Source: an uncultured Phycisphaeraceae bacterium (GTDB lineage Bacteria; Planctomycetota; Phycisphaerae; Phycisphaerales; Phycisphaeraceae). Taken from it: 64,000 nucleotides of DNA. The notes under the pieces are model-generated. The model did no database searches and had not been told where the DNA came from. It was given only the letters and a program-made list of their open reading frames with translations. Numbering within the stretch: the stretch's first letter is position 1; each line of letters opens with the position of its first letter. Positions 10,453-18,368 of the stretch are shown piece by piece. The stretch covers positions 8,000-71,999 of the forward strand of contig CAZYPK010000004.1 in assembly GCA_964649195.1 (NCBI GenBank), in the 5' to 3' direction. Both the position numbers and the translations under genes were made by a program.

Positions 10453-10537
10453 GCCGAACCAGGCGCTGCACCTGACCGGGCGAGCATGTAGGCTTTTCGT
10501 GACGTGTAGCTCTCCGTGCCCGCCGGGGAGGTTATGC
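10453..10537 (+). repeat. attC-like imperfect palindrome a (GCCGAAC ... GTTATGC)
   Basis: The 7-nt boxes resemble the integron R'' (RYYYAAC) and R' (GTTRRRY) boxes. Inner arms CCTGACCGGGCG and GCCCGCCGGGGAGG are partly complementary. Begins 10 nt after an ORF stop. Confidence 0.4.
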
Positions 10538-10568
10538 TTATAATGGAGGCATCGAACCGAGGAAAGCG

Positions 10569-11054
10569 ATGGCCGAGCGTGAGCGCGTTTACGTGGAAAC
10601 CACCGTTGTCAGCTATCTGACTGCCCGGCCCAGCCGCGACCTGATCGTTGCGGGCCATCAGCAGATCACGCACGATTGGTGGGACACTCGGCGCGGAGAT
10701 TATGAACTTTGCGTTTCCCAACTGGTTTTTCAAGAGGCGGGGGATGGCGATCCGCAAGCGGCTCAAGAACGGCTTGCCGTTTTGGCGACGATGACGCAGC
10801 TTGGAATCAAGGATGAGGCGGTGTCTCTGGCGGAAGAATTGGTTCGAGCGGGGGCGTTGCCGACGAAAGCAGAGAACGACGCCTTGCACATTGCGGTCGC
10901 GGCAGTGCATCTCGTCCCGTATCTGGTGACCTGGAATTGCCGGCATATGGCCAATGCCACCATGCGGGCCCGGATCGAAAGCGTGTGCGCAAGCAAGGGA
11001 TTCAAGGCTCCGATCATCTGTACGCCGGAAGAAATGATGGAGGCAAAAACATGA
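10569..11054 (+). CDS. PIN-like nuclease domain protein (VapC-like toxin candidate), copy 1
   Basis: N-terminal VYVETTVVSY strand, DALHIAVA and LVTWNCRHMAN motifs. Paralogous to 11492..11962. Confidence 0.75.
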   Translation: MAERERVYVETTVVSYLTARPSRDLIVAGHQQITHDWWDTRRGDYELCVSQLVFQEAGDGDPQAAQERLAVLATMTQLGIKDEAVSLAEELVRAGALPTKAENDALHIAVAAVHLVPYLVTWNCRHMANATMRARIESVCASKGFKAPIICTPEEMMEAKT

Positions 11055-11296
11055 CCTGGTCAGACCCGATTGTGGATGAAGTCCGACGTTCGCGCGATGC
11101 TTATGCGGCACGATTCAACTATGACTTACGGGCGATCTTCCGCGATCTGAAAGAACAAGAAAGGCGTAGTGGCCGCAAGCTGGCTTCCTACGCCGAAAAT
11201 GCCGGGCCGAACCAAACGCCGCAGCCGACCGGGACCGCCATTCCGGTTCTTCCTGACACTCAATCGTTGCAGGCGGCCCCGACGGCTGAGCTTTAG
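11051..11296 (+). CDS. Small partner protein of the PIN gene (putative antitoxin), copy 1
   Basis: ATGA start/stop overlap with the PIN gene. N-terminus MTWSDPIVDEVRRSRDAYAARFNYDL is homologous to 11967..12197. The last roughly 30 codons lie inside attC-like element b. Confidence 0.65.
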   Translation: MTWSDPIVDEVRRSRDAYAARFNYDLRAIFRDLKEQERRSGRKLASYAENAGPNQTPQPTGTAIPVLPDTQSLQAAPTAEL

Positions 11297-11304
11297 CGTT
11301 GGGC
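11206..11304 (+). repeat. attC-like imperfect palindrome b (GCCGAAC ... GTTGGGC)
   Basis: The R' box fits GTTRRRY exactly. Arms GCCGCAGCCGACCGGGACCGCC and GGCGGCCCCGACGGCTGAGC pair with bulges. A 5-6 nt unpaired spacer follows each box. Confidence 0.45.
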
Positions 11305-11491
11305 ACGTGGCGAACCGTATCGGATAAGATGACGACTCTCGGTAGTGGGTTCAGTTTGAGGAGAAACTATGGGGTTGATGCCTAACCATGCAGATGCCGG
11401 GGTTGCGGTTATGATCTTCGGGCCGCTCCCTCGCGGCATCAAGAAGGCAGATATTGAAATCGGCGCGGAGGTCGTGCCGTGAAGAACCGGC

Positions 11492-11962
11492 ATGGAATCC
11501 GTCTATCTGGAAACCTCGTTCATCAGCTACCTGGTCGCTCGGCCCAGTCGTGACGTGATCGTCGCGGGGCATCAGCAGACCACGCACGAATGGTGGGACG
11601 ATCGACGGAGCCAGTTTGAGTGTTCGGTATCCCAGGTCGTCATTGACGAAGCCTCACTCGGCGATCCGGCGGAAATACAAAAGCGGCTCGCAGTCATCAA
11701 CGAGCTGCCAACCCTTGATGTGACGGAAGACACAAAGGCCTTGGCGAAAGCCATCATGGCTGCCGGCATGCTTCCACCGCACGCTTTTCCTGATGCCGCA
11801 CATGTTGCAGTGTCGGCGGTTCACGCGATCGATTATCTGCTCACATGGAATTGCAAGCACTTGGCAAACGCACAGATTGCGCGGAGAATAGCGGTGGTGT
11901 GCGAGAAGTTGGGCCACAAAACGCCCATTATCTGTACCCCCGAAGAACTCATGGGAGCCTAG
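11492..11962 (+). CDS. PIN-like nuclease domain protein (VapC-like toxin candidate), copy 2
   Basis: VYLETSFISY, DAAHVAVS and LLTWNCKHLAN motifs. Paralogous to 10569..11054. Confidence 0.75.
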   Translation: MESVYLETSFISYLVARPSRDVIVAGHQQTTHEWWDDRRSQFECSVSQVVIDEASLGDPAEIQKRLAVINELPTLDVTEDTKALAKAIMAAGMLPPHAFPDAAHVAVSAVHAIDYLLTWNCKHLANAQIARRIAVVCEKLGHKTPIICTPEELMGA

Positions 11963-11966
11963 CATC

Positions 11967-12197
11967 ATGTGGGAAGACCCGATTGTCGCGGAAGTCCATC
12001 GTGCCCGCGAGAAACTGGCGGCGGACTGCAACTATGACATCGAGGCGTTTTTCGCCGGTGTTCGAAAGCGTCAGGCGTTGCTGGGTGACAGACTTGTTTT
12101 GCCAAAAAAACGAGCCGAACCAACGACTGAAGCCGACCGGGGCCGCCATTCCGGTTCTGAGGGGACGACATCATCCAAGGCGACCCCGGCAGCTTAG
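11967..12197 (+). CDS. Small partner protein of the PIN gene (putative antitoxin), copy 2
   Basis: MWEDPIVAEVHRAREKLAADCNYDI is homologous to copy 1. The 3' end lies inside attC-like element c. Confidence 0.65.
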   Translation: MWEDPIVAEVHRAREKLAADCNYDIEAFFAGVRKRQALLGDRLVLPKKRAEPTTEADRGRHSGSEGTTSSKATPAA

Positions 12198-12211
12198 TCT
12201 TGACGTTCACC
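12114..12211 (+). repeat. attC-like imperfect palindrome c (GCCGAAC ... GTTCACC)
   Basis: Homologous to element b. Arms GCCGACCGGGGCCGCC and GGCGACCCCGGCAGC. The R' box is degenerate. Confidence 0.4.
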
Positions 12212-12238
12212 TACCTGCGATTGCCCTGCAAGCCGGGC
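12205..12238 (+). repeat. R6 duplicate, 5' part of copy 1 (before MITE insertion)
   Basis: GTTCACCTACCTGCGATTGCCCTGCAAGCCGGGC matches 13393-13427 with 2 mismatches. Confidence 0.85.
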
Positions 12239-12451
12239 CGTTTCATTCTTCCTCCCATCACCGGAAGCAAAAGTTCCAAATCGCAAATTCCAAATCTCAA
12301 ACAAACTCGAAAGCGAGCCGAACCGAGGCAAAACCGATCCGAATCCGGATTCTGTTTGATTGCGTTTTTTGTTCTTTGGAGCTTGTTTGGAGTTTGAAGT
12401 TTGTCATTTGGAACTTCCGACAGCGTGGGTGCCGGGGATTAAACAACCCTG
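12239..12451 (+). mobile_element. MITE family R3 (CCAAAT-heptamer foldback), copy 1, inserted in R6 copy 1
   Basis: Absent from the otherwise identical R6 copy 2. Flanked by imperfect direct repeats CAAGCCGGGC and TAAGCCGGC. Internal inverted arms are TTCCAAATCGCAAATTCCAAATCTCAAACAA and TTGTTTGGAGTTTGAAGTTTGTCATTTGGAA. Confidence 0.8.
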
Positions 12452-12460
12452 TAAGCCGGC

Positions 12461-12668
12461 TTCCAAACTTGCATCATTTCCCGGGTTGATTACGCTGTCT
12501 GCATCTTCGTTCGGGAATGTCAGGGGCGGCGGCTTGCCGTTGGGGTTTGTTGCTCGCTTGGTACCCATCTCTGATCAGGGAATCCGTTGCCGCGCACTCC
12601 TTGAGCAGCGAATGCCCCCGTTTTACGCGACATGCCTGTTTGTTAGGCATGACAGGTCGTTTCCCCCT
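12461..12668 (+). repeat. R6 duplicate, 208-bp block, copy 1
   Basis: Identical to 13428-13635 except one T/C difference (GCCTGTTTG versus GCCTGCTTG), by hand alignment. Confidence 0.9.
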
Positions 12669-12766
12669 TTCGGGTGGGAGTTCAAATGCGGGACAGTCTC
12701 TGTGCGGAATTCTGGATCATCCCACTCGACGGGAGCGGCAGCCAACAAGTTTTCAAGGAGTTACAC

Positions 12767-13027
12767 ATGCGAGTTCTGAGCATTGCGTCTGTTCTCTTGG
12801 TTGTTTCCCTCACCGGCTGTGGCGGCTCGGGCGCTGCCGCTGACAAGTACGATCAAGTGGCGGTCGGCATGACACCCGCCCAAGTCGAAGCAATCCTTGG
12901 CCCCGCGAGCAGCACCGTCGAGGAAATCTCAGGCGAGTTAAAGCTTTGGCTCATGGCTGATGGCACACAGGTCGCCATCTCCTTTGAAGATGGCAAGGTG
13001 AAGTCCAAAGATCGCGCGAAGCGATGA
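12767..13027 (+). CDS. Small lipoprotein (SmpA/OmlA-like fold candidate)
   Basis: Strong AAGGAG RBS at 12755-12760. Signal peptide with lipobox LTGC. 86 aa. Confidence 0.7.
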   Translation: MRVLSIASVLLVVSLTGCGGSGAAADKYDQVAVGMTPAQVEAILGPASSTVEEISGELKLWLMADGTQVAISFEDGKVKSKDRAKR

Positions 13028-13029
13028 TC

Positions 13030-13146
13030 GCCCAACCAACCGCTTGCAGTGGACGAGCTTGCGTGCGTGGTAAATTGTCATCGAGCCTTGTGCGTCCCCC
13101 GGAACCTGCCCCGCACGCGGCTCGCCACTGAGCGGCAGCGTTAGGT
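13030..13146 (+). repeat. attC-like imperfect palindrome e (GCCCAAC ... GTTAGGT)
   Basis: Both boxes fit the RYYYAAC and GTTRRRY consensus. Arms GCTTGCAGTGGACGAGC and GCTCGCCACTGAGCGGCAGC pair, with a bulged A and an extra loop. Lies exactly between two small ORFs. Confidence 0.5.
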
Positions 13147-13151
13147 GCGTC

Positions 13152-13364
13152 ATGAGTGACATCGATCCAGATGCCATCCTGAATCTTGACCAACTCGAAT
13201 ACAACGAGGAGTTGACACGCTACAAGGCGCAGCAGGACCGTACGGATCAGCAGCAGGATCGACTTGACCGCCAGAACGAACGCTTCGACCGTATCTTGGA
13301 CAAATGGGAAGAGCAGCAACGGCGGATCGATGCGCTACTTGATCGCTTGGAGAAACGCACCTAA
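13152..13364 (+). CDS. Hypothetical 70-aa coiled-coil peptide (candidate cassette ORF)
   Basis: Q/D/R-rich heptad-like sequence. ATG lies 11 nt after the GTTAGGT box of attC-like element e. The TAA stop lies inside the ACCTAAC box of element d. Confidence 0.45.
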   Translation: MSDIDPDAILNLDQLEYNEELTRYKAQQDRTDQQQDRLDRQNERFDRILDKWEEQQRRIDALLDRLEKRT

Positions 13365-13399
13365 CCAGGCGTTGCTGTTGAAACGCTGAACCGTTCACC
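13359..13399 (+). repeat. Short attC-like element d (ACCTAAC ... GTTCACC)
   Basis: The R'' box fits the consensus and contains the TAA stop of the upstream ORF. Stem CAG(G)CGTT/AACGCTG has one bulged G. Followed by the same sequence as element c. Confidence 0.35.
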
Positions 13400-13635
13400 T
13401 ATCTGCGATTGCCCTGCAAACCGGGCCTTCCAAACTTGCATCATTTCCCGGGTTGATTACGCTGTCTGCATCTTCGTTCGGGAATGTCAGGGGCGGCGGC
13501 TTGCCGTTGGGGTTTGTTGCTCGCTTGGTACCCATCTCTGATCAGGGAATCCGTTGCCGCGCACTCCTTGAGCAGCGAATGCCCCCGTTTTACGCGACAT
13601 GCCTGCTTGTTAGGCATGACAGGTCGTTTCCCCCT
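13393..13635 (+). repeat. R6 duplicate, uninterrupted copy 2, upstream of glnN
   Basis: See copy 1. Ends 175 nt before the glnN start codon. Confidence 0.9.
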
Positions 13636-13809
13636 GCGACGCTCGGCGAGACATGATGAATAAACGAATCCATCATATGGCTTTACGTTCGCCGCCGCTG
13701 ACCATCAGAGATGGCATGTTTTTTGCATCTGGAACTTTACAGCCAGGGCTGTGCCCGGCCATGCGTGTCGATTTTGTTCGCAACCCTTTTGGACAGGAGT
13801 GGTCCACCC

Positions 13810-15987
13810 ATGAGTAATGCTCGTCAGGCCGCGATTGCCGCCATCACTGGTTACAAGTCAACGAATCAGGCTCTCAAGTACAAAGAGACGCCTGCTTCGA
13901 CGATTTTCGGCACCAACGTTTTCGGTGATGCCGAGATGAAAAAGCGTCTTCCCAAGTCGGTCTATAAGACCTTGGCGAGGACGATCACCCGAGGCGAAAA
14001 ACTCGACGCCAGTGTCGCCGACATCGTCGCCGCGGCGATGCGCGACTGGGCCATCGAAAAGGGCGCGACCCATTACGCCCACGTCTTTTTTCCCCTCACC
14101 GGCATCACCGCTGAAAAGCATGACTCCTTCCTCGACCCCCAGCCCGACGGCACGGTGCTCGCCGGTTTCTCCGGCAAGGTGCTGATCCAAGGCGAACCCG
14201 ATGCCTCCTCGTTCCCTTCAGGCGGCATCCGCGCCACCTTCGAAGCCCGCGGCTACACCGCATGGGATGTCACCAGCCCTGCCTACATCCTCGAAAATCC
14301 CAACGGCACCACCCTGTGCATCCCCACCGCGTTCGTCTCCTGGACCGGCGAAGCGCTCGACAAGAAGACTCCCGTTCTCCGTTCCATGCAAGCCCTGGCC
14401 AAGCAGGCCGCCCGCATCATCAAGATCTTCGGCAACCCCGATCCCGGTTACATCTACTCCACCGCCGGCCCCGAGCAGGAATATTTCCTGATCGACCGCA
14501 ATTTCTACTTCGCCCGGCCTGACCTGAACATCTGCGGACGATCGCTCTTTGGCGCCAAGCCGCCCAAGGGGCAGGAATTTGAGGATCAATACTTCGGCGC
14601 CATTCCCGAGCGCGTGCTGGCCTGCATGCTCGAAGTGGAACACGAATTGTTCAAACTCGGCGTGCCGGTGAAGACGCGCCATAACGAAGTCGCCCCGTCG
14701 CAGTATGAAATCGCCCCGGTGTTCGAGAACGCCAATGTCGCTGCCGATCATCAGCAGCTTGTCATGATCACGCTCAAGCGCGTCGCCGAGAAATACGGCA
14801 TGGCCTGCCTGCTGCACGAAAAACCCTTCGCCGGGATCAACGGCTCAGGCAAGCACCTCAACTGGTCGCTGGGCGGGCCCAATGTCGGCAACCTGCTCGA
14901 TCCGGGTGAGACCCCTCACGACAACATGCAGTTCCTCGTGTTCTGTGCCGCCGTCATCCGCGCCGTGCACAAATACTCGACGCTGCTTCGTGCCGCGATT
15001 GCTCACGCGGGCAACGATCATCGTCTGGGCGCCAACGAAGCTCCGCCGGCCATCGTTTCGATCTTCCTGGGCGACATGCTCACCGACATTTTCGAGAGCA
15101 TCGAAAAGGGAAAGCTCAAGAGCGGCAAAAAAGCCGGCCACCTCACCGTCGGCGTGGACAGCCTCCCCCCGCTGCCCAAGGACTACGGCGATCGCAACCG
15201 CACCAGTCCGTTCGCCTTCACCGGCAACCGCTTCGAGTTCCGTGCCGTCGGTTCCTCGCAATCCATCAGCGGCCCATTGGTCGTGCTCAACACGATCGTC
15301 GCCGAGTCGCTCGATTACGTCGCCACCGAACTGGAAAAAGCCACCAAGGGCGACCCCAGAAAGCTCAACGACGCCGTTCAGAAAGTCATGCAGGGCATCT
15401 ATAAGGAACACAAGGCCGTCATCTTCAACGGTGACGGCTACTCCGAAGCATGGCACAAGGAAGCCGCCAAACGCGGTCTCCCCAACCTGCCCAACTCCGT
15501 CGATGCGCTGGCGCAACTCATCAGCAAGGGAAACATCGCCCTGCTCGAGAAGTACGGCGTGCTTTCCGAGCGCGAAACCAAGAGCCGTTATGAAATCTAC
15601 CTGGAACGCTACTGCAAGGATGTGGCGACCGAAGGCAGGCTCTGCCTCAACATCGCCAAGACGATGATCCTCCCCTCGGCCTACCGCTATCAGGGCGAAC
15701 TGGCCACCACCGCCGCCGCCATCAAGACCGCCACCGGCTCGGCGGACACCTCCAGCCTTGATGAAGTCACCTCGCTGGTCTCCAAACTGGAGAAAGCCAT
15801 CGCGGGCCTCAACCACGCCATCGCCCACGAAGCCGGCGGATCGGTGCTCGATCACGCCAAGCATTACCGCGATGAGGTCCTCCCGGCCATGCTTGAGGTT
15901 CGCGCCGTGGCCGACGCCCTCGAATCGATCGTCGCCGATGACCTGTGGCCCCTGCCCACCTACCGCGAGATGCTGTTCATTCGCTGA
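13810..15987 (+). CDS. glnN: Glutamine synthetase type III
   Basis: 725 aa, with GSIII-length and conserved blocks ([46 protein letters not shown]). AGGAG RBS precedes the ATG at 13810. Confidence 0.93.
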   Translation: MSNARQAAIAAITGYKSTNQALKYKETPASTIFGTNVFGDAEMKKRLPKSVYKTLARTITRGEKLDASVADIVAAAMRDWAIEKGATHYAHVFFPLTGITAEKHDSFLDPQPDGTVLAGFSGKVLIQGEPDASSFPSGGIRATFEARGYTAWDVTSPAYILENPNGTTLCIPTAFVSWTGEALDKKTPVLRSMQALAKQAARIIKIFGNPDPGYIYSTAGPEQEYFLIDRNFYFARPDLNICGRSLFGAKPPKGQEFEDQYFGAIPERVLACMLEVEHELFKLGVPVKTRHNEVAPSQYEIAPVFENANVAADHQQLVMITLKRVAEKYGMACLLHEKPFAGINGSGKHLNWSLGGPNVGNLLDPGETPHDNMQFLVFCAAVIRAVHKYSTLLRAAIAHAGNDHRLGANEAPPAIVSIFLGDMLTDIFESIEKGKLKSGKKAGHLTVGVDSLPPLPKDYGDRNRTSPFAFTGNRFEFRAVGSSQSISGPLVVLNTIVAESLDYVATELEKATKGDPRKLNDAVQKVMQGIYKEHKAVIFNGDGYSEAWHKEAAKRGLPNLPNSVDALAQLISKGNIALLEKYGVLSERETKSRYEIYLERYCKDVATEGRLCLNIAKTMILPSAYRYQGELATTAAAIKTATGSADTSSLDEVTSLVSKLEKAIAGLNHAIAHEAGGSVLDHAKHYRDEVLPAMLEVRAVADALESIVADDLWPLPTYREMLFIR

Positions 15988-15996
15988 TCGCTGGGA

Positions 15997-16030
15997 AAGG
16001 GCCTGGGGAAGAGGGCCTGGGGCCTAGGGG
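15997..16030 (+). repeat. Solo copy of the GGGCCT-heptamer arm
   Basis: AAGGGCCTGGGGAAGAGGGCCTGGGGCCTAGGGG lies just after the glnN stop and is related to the arms at 53834 and 54317. Confidence 0.65.
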
Positions 16031-16070
16031 CGAACAAAGTTGCTCGCGTATGTAACAGACAAAGACTCTT

Positions 16071-16158
16071 GGGATTCCTGAATAACCGCACGCCCAAGCC
16101 GCTTGCGGTTTCGCGATCCCCTGGTTCACGGGCAATCGGGGGTTATTCAAGAAGTCCT
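16071..16158 (+). repeat. Repeat family R1, copy 2
   Basis: GGGATTCCTGAATAACCGCACGCCCAAGCCGCTTGCGGTTTCGCGATCCCCTGGTTCACGGGCAATCGGGGGTTATTCAAGAAGTCC. Confidence 0.85.
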
Positions 16159-16174
16159 CTTATCAACAGCCCGG

Positions 16175-16206
16175 CCCGAGGATTCAACTCCTCGGGCTTT
16201 TTCTTT
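16175..16206 (+). terminator. Rho-independent terminator candidate downstream of glnN
   Basis: Stem CCCGAGGA/TCCTCGGG, loop TTCAAC, then CTTTTTCTTTG. Confidence 0.6.
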
Positions 16207-16216
16207 GCCTCGCAGC

Positions 16217-16383
16217 AAGCCGCGACTCAACGAGTCGCGGACGTGAACAACCTGAAGCGGCGGAAATCGCGCAGTGACATAAGACCTCGAAAATCGTGAC
16301 CCGTCGGAACGCGGCTTCCTGTCATCCGCGCCGCCTTGCGCGCTTTCAGGCTGTTCGCCTCCGCGACGTGTCACGTCGCGGCT
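16217..16383 (+). repeat. Repeat family R2, copy B (shorter interior)
   Basis: CCGCGAC-TCAACGA-GTCGCGG ACGTGAACAACCTGAAG ... CTTTCAGGCTGTTCGCCT CCGCGAC-GTGTCAC-GTCGCGG. Lies 48 nt upstream of the ABC-F start. Confidence 0.8.
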
Positions 16384-16430
16384 GGAATCCCCCATTCAGG
16401 CTCGTTGCTCTCTGCTACCATTCCCGCCCC

Positions 16431-18263
16431 ATGGCCATGCTTCTCAGTTGTCAATCTCTCAGCAAATCGTTCGGCCCGCGCCCGCTCTTTGAAGATGTTT
16501 CGATGGGCATCGAGGAAGGCGAACGCCTGGGCCTCATCGGGCCCAACGGCTCAGGCAAATCGACGTTGCTGAAAATTCTCGCCGGCATGGAGCAGCCTGA
16601 CACGGGCGACTTCACATCCAGACGAAATCTGCGCGTCAGCTACGTTGCACAGCGCGATGAGTTCGAAGAAGGCGCCGCCGCCATGTCTGCCGTCGTCGCC
16701 GCGCTGGGCGGGCGCTTGCATGATGATCACGAACGCGAAGTCGCCGCCCGGCGTGTGCTTGAAAACGTCGGCTTCACCGACATGGATCAGCCGGTCGCCG
16801 CGATGTCCGGCGGTTGGCGCAAACGGCTGGCGGTCGCCCGCGCCCTGGTCACCGAGCCTGATCTGCTGCTGATGGATGAGCCGACGAATCATCTCGATCT
16901 GGAAGGCGTGCTCTGGCTCGAGGATTTTCTCGACGCCGCGCCGATGGCCATGATCGTGATCACGCACGATCGCTACTTTCTGGAGAACGTCTGCAACCGG
17001 GTGCTGGAACTGAGCAAGGCTTATCCGCAGGGCACCTTCACCGTGCAGGGACCCTACAGCGAATTTCTCCGGCGAAGAGCGGACCATCTTGCCGCCCAGC
17101 TCAAGGAACAACAATCTCTGGCCACGAAGGTGCGCGAGGATATCCGCTGGCTCGGCCGCGGCGCCCAGGCCCGGCGAACCAAGGCGAAAGGACGAATCGA
17201 AGAAGCCGGCCAGCGCATGGGGCAGCTCGATGACCTGAAGAATCGCAACGCGCCCAACCGCGCCGCCGACATCAGCTTCACCGCCACCGGCCGGCTCACG
17301 CGGAACCTCCTCGTCGCCAAAGACATCGGCAAATCACTGGGCGGGAAACCGCTGTTTTCACAGTTGGAAATCACGCTCTCGCCAGGCTCATGCCTGGGCC
17401 TGCTCGGACCCAACGGCAGCGGTAAGACCACGCTCATCAATGTCCTCACCGGCAAGCTCCCCAGCGACACCGGCGGCGTCAAGCTCGCAGACAACCTCCG
17501 CATCGTCACCTTCACGCAGCATCGCGAGGAACTCGATCCCAAGCAGTCGCTGCGCGAGGCCCTGTGTCCGGTCAGTGATGTGCTCTTCTTCCGCGACCAG
17601 CCGATTCATGTCAATACCTGGGCTTCTCGGTTTCTCTTCCGCGCCGATCAGATGAACACCTCCGTCGGCGATCTCAGCGGCGGCGAACAGGCCCGCATTC
17701 TCATCGCGCGGTTGATGCTGGAGCCGGCGGACCTGCTCATTCTCGATGAACCGACGAACGATCTGGACATCGCTTCGCTCGAGGTGCTCGAAGAAAGTCT
17801 CGCAAGCTTTCCAGGCGCCGTGCTGCTGGTGACGCACGATCGCTACATGCTGGCGCGGCTGTCGTCGCAGTTGCTCTCGCTTGACGGCCAGGGGAATGCG
17901 AAGTTCTTTCCCGATTACGAACAGTGGGAATCGTGGAAGGATCGGCAGGAGGAAGCGCGGGGGAAAGAGGCGGGGAAGCGGAAAGAGGCACGGACGCAGG
18001 GCGATGACGCTGCTACGCCGCAAGCGGCGGGGAAGGTGAAGCTCACCTACAAGGAGCAGCGCGACTGGGACACCATCGAGCAGCGCATCCTCGAAGCGGA
18101 AGAGGAAGTGAAGTCACTTGAAGCCCGCACCGCCGATCCCGCCATCCTGATCGATCATCGCAAACTCAACGAGGCCTACGAAGTGCTGGGCAAGGCACAG
18201 GCGAATGTCGCGGCGCTGTACGAACGATGGGCGGAGCTGGAGGCGAAGGTCAAGGCCATCTGA
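16431..18263 (+). CDS. ABC-F family ATPase (two ABC domains, no TM domain)
   Basis: Two Walker A motifs (GPNGSGKST, GPNGSGKTT), two LSGG signatures and a C-terminal coiled coil. Start set at the ATG at 16431, downstream of repeat R2-B. Confidence 0.92.
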   Translation: MAMLLSCQSLSKSFGPRPLFEDVSMGIEEGERLGLIGPNGSGKSTLLKILAGMEQPDTGDFTSRRNLRVSYVAQRDEFEEGAAAMSAVVAALGGRLHDDHEREVAARRVLENVGFTDMDQPVAAMSGGWRKRLAVARALVTEPDLLLMDEPTNHLDLEGVLWLEDFLDAAPMAMIVITHDRYFLENVCNRVLELSKAYPQGTFTVQGPYSEFLRRRADHLAAQLKEQQSLATKVREDIRWLGRGAQARRTKAKGRIEEAGQRMGQLDDLKNRNAPNRAADISFTATGRLTRNLLVAKDIGKSLGGKPLFSQLEITLSPGSCLGLLGPNGSGKTTLINVLTGKLPSDTGGVKLADNLRIVTFTQHREELDPKQSLREALCPVSDVLFFRDQPIHVNTWASRFLFRADQMNTSVGDLSGGEQARILIARLMLEPADLLILDEPTNDLDIASLEVLEESLASFPGAVLLVTHDRYMLARLSSQLLSLDGQGNAKFFPDYEQWESWKDRQEEARGKEAGKRKEARTQGDDAATPQAAGKVKLTYKEQRDWDTIEQRILEAEEEVKSLEARTADPAILIDHRKLNEAYEVLGKAQANVAALYERWAELEAKVKAI

Positions 18264-18357
18264 ATAACACCACGAAATCAGGAAAGCAGGAAAACATGAA
18301 ATGCAGATCATCCATTCCGTATGGTCCCGCCTGGTTTCCTGATTTCATGGTTTTATT
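18263..18357. repeat. Inverted repeat between convergent ABC-F and isomerase genes (terminator-like)
   Basis: AATAACACCACGAAATCAGGAAAGCAGG and CCTGGTTTCCTGATTTCATGGTTTTATT, with a roughly 40-nt spacer. Confidence 0.75.
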
Positions 18358-18368
18358 TAGGGATGTTT

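Noticed and set aside
12461-12668. The R6 unit considered as a glutamine riboswitch or another known RNA (6S, SRP, tmRNA), because copy 2 precedes glnN.
   Set aside because: I could not find the glnA-motif core or the SRP/tmRNA/6S signature sequences by eye. The other copy precedes an unrelated lipoprotein gene. It is kept only as an unexplained duplicate.
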